A stretch of DNA of 64,000 bases from Pristiophorus japonicus (Eukaryota), in assembly GCF_044704955.1 (NCBI RefSeq), contig NC_092008.1, positions 2,418,001 to 2,482,000 on the forward strand, given 5' to 3'. This document shows, piece by piece, positions 59,624-64,000 of the stretch (its first letter is position 1; each line of letters begins with the position of its first letter). Position numbers and translations under genes: made by a program. The notes beneath the pieces were generated by a model, which saw only the letters and a list, made by a program, of their open reading frames with translations, was not told where the DNA came from and searched no databases.

Positions 59624-60189
59624 GTTTGGAATAAGCGTTCAATGCCGAGCAGCCGAGATTGGTCACAAAAGAAGTTTCAAGCGATTCCGAGCGACTGCAC
59701 CGGTTGCTCCAGAGATATTCAGAGGCAACTTTGGTAAACTCCCTCTCCAACACTCACCGCGCTAGTCAGTCCACACACGCCCAGCCTCGGTCAATCATTT
59801 AACCGACTTCACATCGCAGCAGGTTTAGCGACTGTCGCTGTGATTGATGCTCAGCGAGTTCCCCAGGGAGTTAAGGATTGCTACTTATACCTGGATCACA
59901 TTACATAGCGGAGGATGGCAGTCATTACCCGGGAATGACCTCTTGCACTGGGATGCAGGGACAGTTCCAAACTGGTTTCTACGTTTCCTCAAACACCTCG
60001 TCAATTGTTTGTGCTACCGCTCAGTTATATACCTCGCTGGTCACTGTGGTACAGATCACGAGCTGTTTGACAGGGCAGCCGGGTTTATCCCACCCTGTCC
60101 CCGGCTAGGCTCAGGCACTACCTGCGGGGGAAGTGGTCTCAATGGGGACAGCGTCAGCTTCTTGTAGCAACAGGAGGAGGCCGTTATAT

Positions 60190-63066
60190 AAAAACATAAA
60201 AACATAAGAACATAAGAATTAGGATCAGGAGTAGGCCATCTAGCCCTCGAGCCTGCTCCGCCATTCAACAAGATCATGGCTGATCTGGCCGTGGACTCAG
60301 CTCCACTTACCCGCCCGCTCCCCGTAACCCTTAATTCCCTTATTGGTTAAAAATCTATCTACCTGTGACTTGAATACATTCAATGAGCTAGCCTCAACTG
60401 CTTCCCTGGGCAGAGAATTCCACAGATTCACAACCCTCTGGGAGAAGAAATTCCTTCTCACTCGGTTTTAAATTGGCTCCTCCGTATTTTGAGGCTGTGC
60501 CCCCTAGTTCTAGTCTCCCCGACCAGTGGAAACAACCTCTCTGCCTCTATCTTGTCTATCCCTTTCATTATTTTAAATGTTTCTATAAGATCACCCCTCA
60601 TCCTTCTGAACTCCAACGAGTAAAGACCCAGTCTACTCAATCTATCATCATAAGGTAACCCCCTCATCTCCGGAATCAGTCTCGTGAATCGTCTCTGCAC
60701 ACCCTCCAAAGCTAGTATATCCTTCCTTAAGTAAGGTGACCAAAACTACACGCAGTACTCCAGGTGCGGCCTCACCAATACCCTGAACAGTTGCAGCAGG
60801 ACCTCCCTGCTTTTGTACTCCATCCCTCTCGCAATGAAGGCCAACATTCCATTCGCCTTCCTGATTACCTGCTGCACCTGCAAACTAACTTTTTGGGATT
60901 CATGCACAAGGACCCCCAGGTCCCTCTGCACCGCAGCATGTTGTAATTTCTCCCCATTCAAATAATATTCCCTTTTACTGTTTTTTTTCCCAAGGTGGAT
61001 GACCTCACACTTGCCGACATTGTATTCCATCTGCCAAACCTTAGCCCATTCGCTTAACCTATCCAAATCTCTTTGCAGCCTCTCTGTGTCCTCTACACAA
61101 CCCGCTTTCCCACTAATCTTTGTGTCATCTGCTAATTTTGTTACACTACACTCTGTCCCCTCTTCCAGGTCATCTATGTATATTGTAAACAGTTGTGGTC
61201 CCAGCACCGATCCCTGTGGCACACCACTAACCACCGATTTCCAACCCGAAAAGGACCCATTTATCCCGACTCTGCTTTCTGTTAGCTAGCCAATTCTCTA
61301 TCCATGCGAATACATTTCCTCTGACTCCGCGTACCTTTATCTTCTGCAGTAACCTTTTGTGTGGCACCTTATCGAATGCCTTTTGGAAATCTAAATACAC
61401 CACATCCATCGGTACACCTCTATCCACCATGCTCGTTATATCCTCAAAGAATTCCAGTAAATTAGTTAAACATGATTTCCCCTTCATGAATCCATGCTGC
61501 GTCTGCTTGATTGCACTATTCCTTTCTAGATGTCCCGCTATTTCTTCCTTAATGATAGTTTCAAGCATTTTCCCCACTACAGATGTTAAACTAACCGGCC
61601 TATAGTTACCTGTCTTTTGTCTGCCCCCTTTTTTAAACAGAGGCGTTACATTAGCTGCTTTCCAATCTGCTGGTACCTCCCCAGAGTCCAGAGAATTTTG
61701 GTAGATTATAACGAATGCATCTGCTATAACTTCCGCCATCTCTTTTAATACCCTGGGATGCATTTCATCAGGACCAGGGGACTTGTCTACCTTGAGTCCC
61801 ATTAGCCTGTCCAGCACTACCCCCCCTAGTGATAGTGATTGTCTCAAGGTCCTCCCTTCCCACATTCCTGTGACCAGCAATGTTTGGCATGGTTTTTGTG
61901 TCTTCCACTGTGAAGACCGAAGCAAAATAATTGTTTAAGGTCTCAGCCATTTCCTCATTTCCCATTATTAAATCCCCCTTCTCATCTTCTAAGGGACCAA
62001 CATTTACTTTAGTCACTCTTTTCCGATTTATATATCTGTAAAAGCTTTTACTATCCGTTTTTATGTTTTGCGCAAGTTTACCTTCGAAATCTATCTTTCC
62101 TTTCTTTATTGCTTTCTTAGTCATTCTTTGCTGTCGTTTAAAATTTTCCCAATCTTCTATTTTCCCACTATCCTTGGCCACCTGAGACGCATTGGGTTTT
62201 AATTTGATACTCTCCTTTATTTCCTTGGTTATCCACGGCTGGTTATCCCTTCTCTTACCGCCCTTCTTTTTCACTGGAATATTTTTTTTTTGAGCACTAT
62301 GAAAGAGCTCCTTAAAAGTCCTCCACTGTTCCTCAATTGCGCCACCGTTTAGTCTGTGTTTCCAGTCTGCTTTAGCCAACTCTGCCCTCATCCCACTGTA
62401 GTCCCCTTTGTTTAAGCATAGTACACTCGTTTGAGACACTACTTCCTTACCCTCAATCTGTATTACAAATTCAACCATACTGTGATCACTCATTCCGAGA
62501 GGATCGTTTACGAGGAGATCGTTTATTATTGCTGTCTCATTACACAGGACCAGATCTAAGATAGCTTGCTCCCTTGTAGGTTCTGTAACATACTGTTCTA
62601 AGAAACAATCCCGTATGCATTCTATGAATTCCTCCTCCAGGCTACCCCGTGCGATTTGATTTGACCAATCGATATATAGGTTAAAATCCCCCATGATTAC
62701 TGCCGTTCCTTTTTCACATGCCTCCATTATTCCCTTGATTATTGCCCGCCCCACCGTGAAGTTATTATTTGGGGGCCTATAAACTACGCCCACCAGTGAC
62801 TTTTTCCCCTTACTATCTCTAATCTCCACCCACAATGATTCAACATTTTGTTCAATAGAGCCAATATCACCTCACAACTGCCCTGATATCATCTTTTATT
62901 AACAGAGCTACCCCACCTCCTTTCCCTTCTTGTCTATCTTTCCGAATCGTCAGATACCCCTGTATGTTTAATTCCCAGTCTTGGCCACCCTGCAACCACT
63001 TTTCTGTAATGGCCACCAAATCATACCCATTTGTAATGATTTGTGCTGTCAACTCATTTACTTTAT
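60190..63066 (-). mobile_element. Near-complete CR1 ORF2, frameshifted
   Basis: APE and RT pieces in ORFs 62867-63052, 61768-62835, 61227-61925, 60746-61234, 60458-60709. Confidence 0.9.
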
Positions 63067-64000
63067 TTCTCGAGGGGTGCGTTCAGCCCCTCGAGCCTGT
63101 TACATTAGGGACAGGAGGAGGCCGTTCAGCCCCTCGAGCCTGTTACATTAGGAACAGGAGAAGGCCGTTCAGCCCCTCGAGCCTATTACATTAGGAACAG
63201 GAGGAGGCCGTTCAGCCCCTCGAGCCTGTTACATTAGGGACAGGAGGAGGCCGTTCATTCCCTCGAGTCTGTTACATTAGGAACAGGAGAAGGCCGTTCA
63301 GCCCCTCGAGCCTATTACATTAGGAACAGGAGGAGGCCGTTCAGCCCCTCGAGCCTGTTACATTAGGGACAGGAGGAGGCCGTTCATTCCCTCGAGCCTG
63401 TTACATTAGGAACAGGAGGAGGCCGTTCAGCCCCTTGAGCCTGTTACATTAGGGACAGGAGGAGGCCGTTCAGCCCCTCGAGCCTGTTACATTAGGAACA
63501 GGAGGAGGCCATTCAGCCCCTCGAGCCTGTTACATTATGGAGAGGAGGAGGCCATTCAGCCCCTCGAGTCTGTTACATTAGGGACAGGAGGAGGCCGTTC
63601 ATTCCCTCGAGCCTGTTACATTAGGAACAGGAGGAGGCCGTTCAGCCCCTTGAGCCTGTTACATTAGGGACAGGAGGAGGCCATTCAGCCCCTCGAGTCT
63701 GTTACATTAGGGACAGGAGGAGGCCGTTCAGCCCCTCGAGCCTGTTACATTAGGAACAGGGGGAGGCCCATTCATCCCCTCAAGACTGTCGTGGAGCAAG
63801 AGTATTGAGGGAGTGCCTTCCTGTCGGAGGGGCAGGACTGAGGGAGCGCCGCGCTGTCGGACAGTTTTGGTTTCCATGTTTACGAAAGGATATACTTGCT
63901 TTGGAGGCTGTTCAGAGAAGGTTCACTCGGTTGATTCCGGGGATGAGGGGGTTGACTTATGAGGAAAGGTTGAGCAGGTTGGGCCTCTACTCATTGGAGT

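Overview
Vertebrate genomic DNA, very probably from a cartilaginous fish (shark-type CR1, RTE and L2 LINEs, a Deu-domain SINE and extensive TE-derived minisatellites). Most of the window is repeats and almost all long ORFs in the track are repeat artefacts. Between the repeats, reading splice sites by hand reveals a cluster of MHC-family genes with class II domain architecture but class I/beta2-microglobulin interface residues, the signature of the W-category. (1) A complete beta-type gene on + has a leader (2271-2343), beta1 (16620-16892), an Ig-C1 beta2 with class I alpha3-like 'P..DGTFQ.W' (20895-21167), TM (22208-22321) and a three-exon cytoplasmic tail (24932-24961, 25062-25160, 26436-26464). 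(2) A complete alpha-type gene on + has a tandemly duplicated promoter/leader (33858-33939, 37041-37122), alpha1 (40081-40356), a beta2m-like Ig-C1 alpha2 (43733-44014) and a class II alpha-type TM exon (46354-46550). (3) A second, divergent beta-type gene on - has only a leader (59623-59554) and beta1 (58466-58191) that I could find. Intron 1 of gene 1 holds a Gypsy LTR retrotransposon with an intact full-length CR1 LINE nested in its pol. Assignments rest on manual alignment to remembered human HLA/beta2m sequences; no database search was run, and repeat boundaries are approximate.
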